Assembly (NCBI GenBank): GCA_036172245.1
Contig: JAYWIR010000027.1
Coordinates: 434,001-498,000 of the forward strand
Source: Raillietiella orientalis
Taxonomy: Eukaryota
Direction: 5' to 3'
Length of the DNA stretch: 64,000 bases
The notes beneath the pieces are model-generated. The model searched no databases. It was not told the DNA's origin and saw nothing but the letters and a program-made list of their open reading frames with translations. A program made the position numbers and the translations under genes. This document shows positions 63,670 to 64,000 of this stretch, in pieces; within the stretch, counting starts at the first letter, position 1, and each line of letters opens with the position of its first letter.

Positions 63670-64000
63670 TGTCAGCAGAAAATCGTTGAAGGCCGCTTCG
63701 TGAGCTCCCAGCCGACCACTCCACTCATTCGTCACCACGATGCGCTTTCAGTTCCTGAACAACGACTTGAATGTTTTCCCCTAATCACCGACGAGCAATC
63801 CCACAGTGACCGAAGAGACTGTGGAGATCTCTTGGTCCACCTCCGGTTCCCATGATTCACAACTTTCTCTCCAGTGCATATCCCAAGAAATCAACTTGAT
63901 CCGAAGTGCTTCTTATTTTGCAACAAGTTCCATCACTAAGAAACAACACCGCACATCTCCCTATCCTTGTTTCTCTGAGGGCCAGTATGCACCGCATCAC

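Noticed and set aside
1..64000. CRISPR array, Fanzor/TnpB, intact RT or transposase, rRNA, or bacterial HGT operon
   Set aside because: No regularly spaced repeats, no long intact intronless ORF with RuvC, RT or DDE motifs, and no rRNA signatures were seen. The nicotinamidase has introns and the animal EF-hand architecture.

Overview
Eukaryotic (invertebrate, probably arthropod) nuclear DNA with spliceosomal introns. Most ORFs in the six-frame track are spurious. Four spliced genes were reconstructed by hand: RpL36A/eL42 (minus, 9598-10326, 4 exons); an EF-hand nicotinamidase of the Naam/PNC1 type (minus, 14609-37567, 9 exons, 344 aa); Nup205 (plus, 47582-58132, 21 exons, about 1892 aa); and LRRC59 (minus, 58182-59457, 6 exons, 347 aa), whose stop codon lies only 49 bp from the Nup205 stop. 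Most introns are 39-58 nt, but the nicotinamidase also has 2.7, 7.8 and 10.9 kb introns filled with mobile DNA. These hold at least five copies of a tRNA-headed SINE family, an internally deleted piggyBac and decayed LINE fragments. One SINE copy is complete, with poly(A) and a 14-bp TSD, and its body is an array of bulged GGAG-C-GG...CCCTCC hairpins and CUUCGG tetraloops. A hAT-type MITE sits upstream of the nicotinamidase start, and an N gap lies near the window end. The best leads are the modular structured SINE RNA, whose inverted copies lie inside the nicotinamidase pre-mRNA, and an apparently non-canonical TTAAGT splice donor in the otherwise intact nicotinamidase. No CRISPR array, intact transposase or ribozyme could be supported. 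All protein assignments are from remembered family motifs, not database searches.
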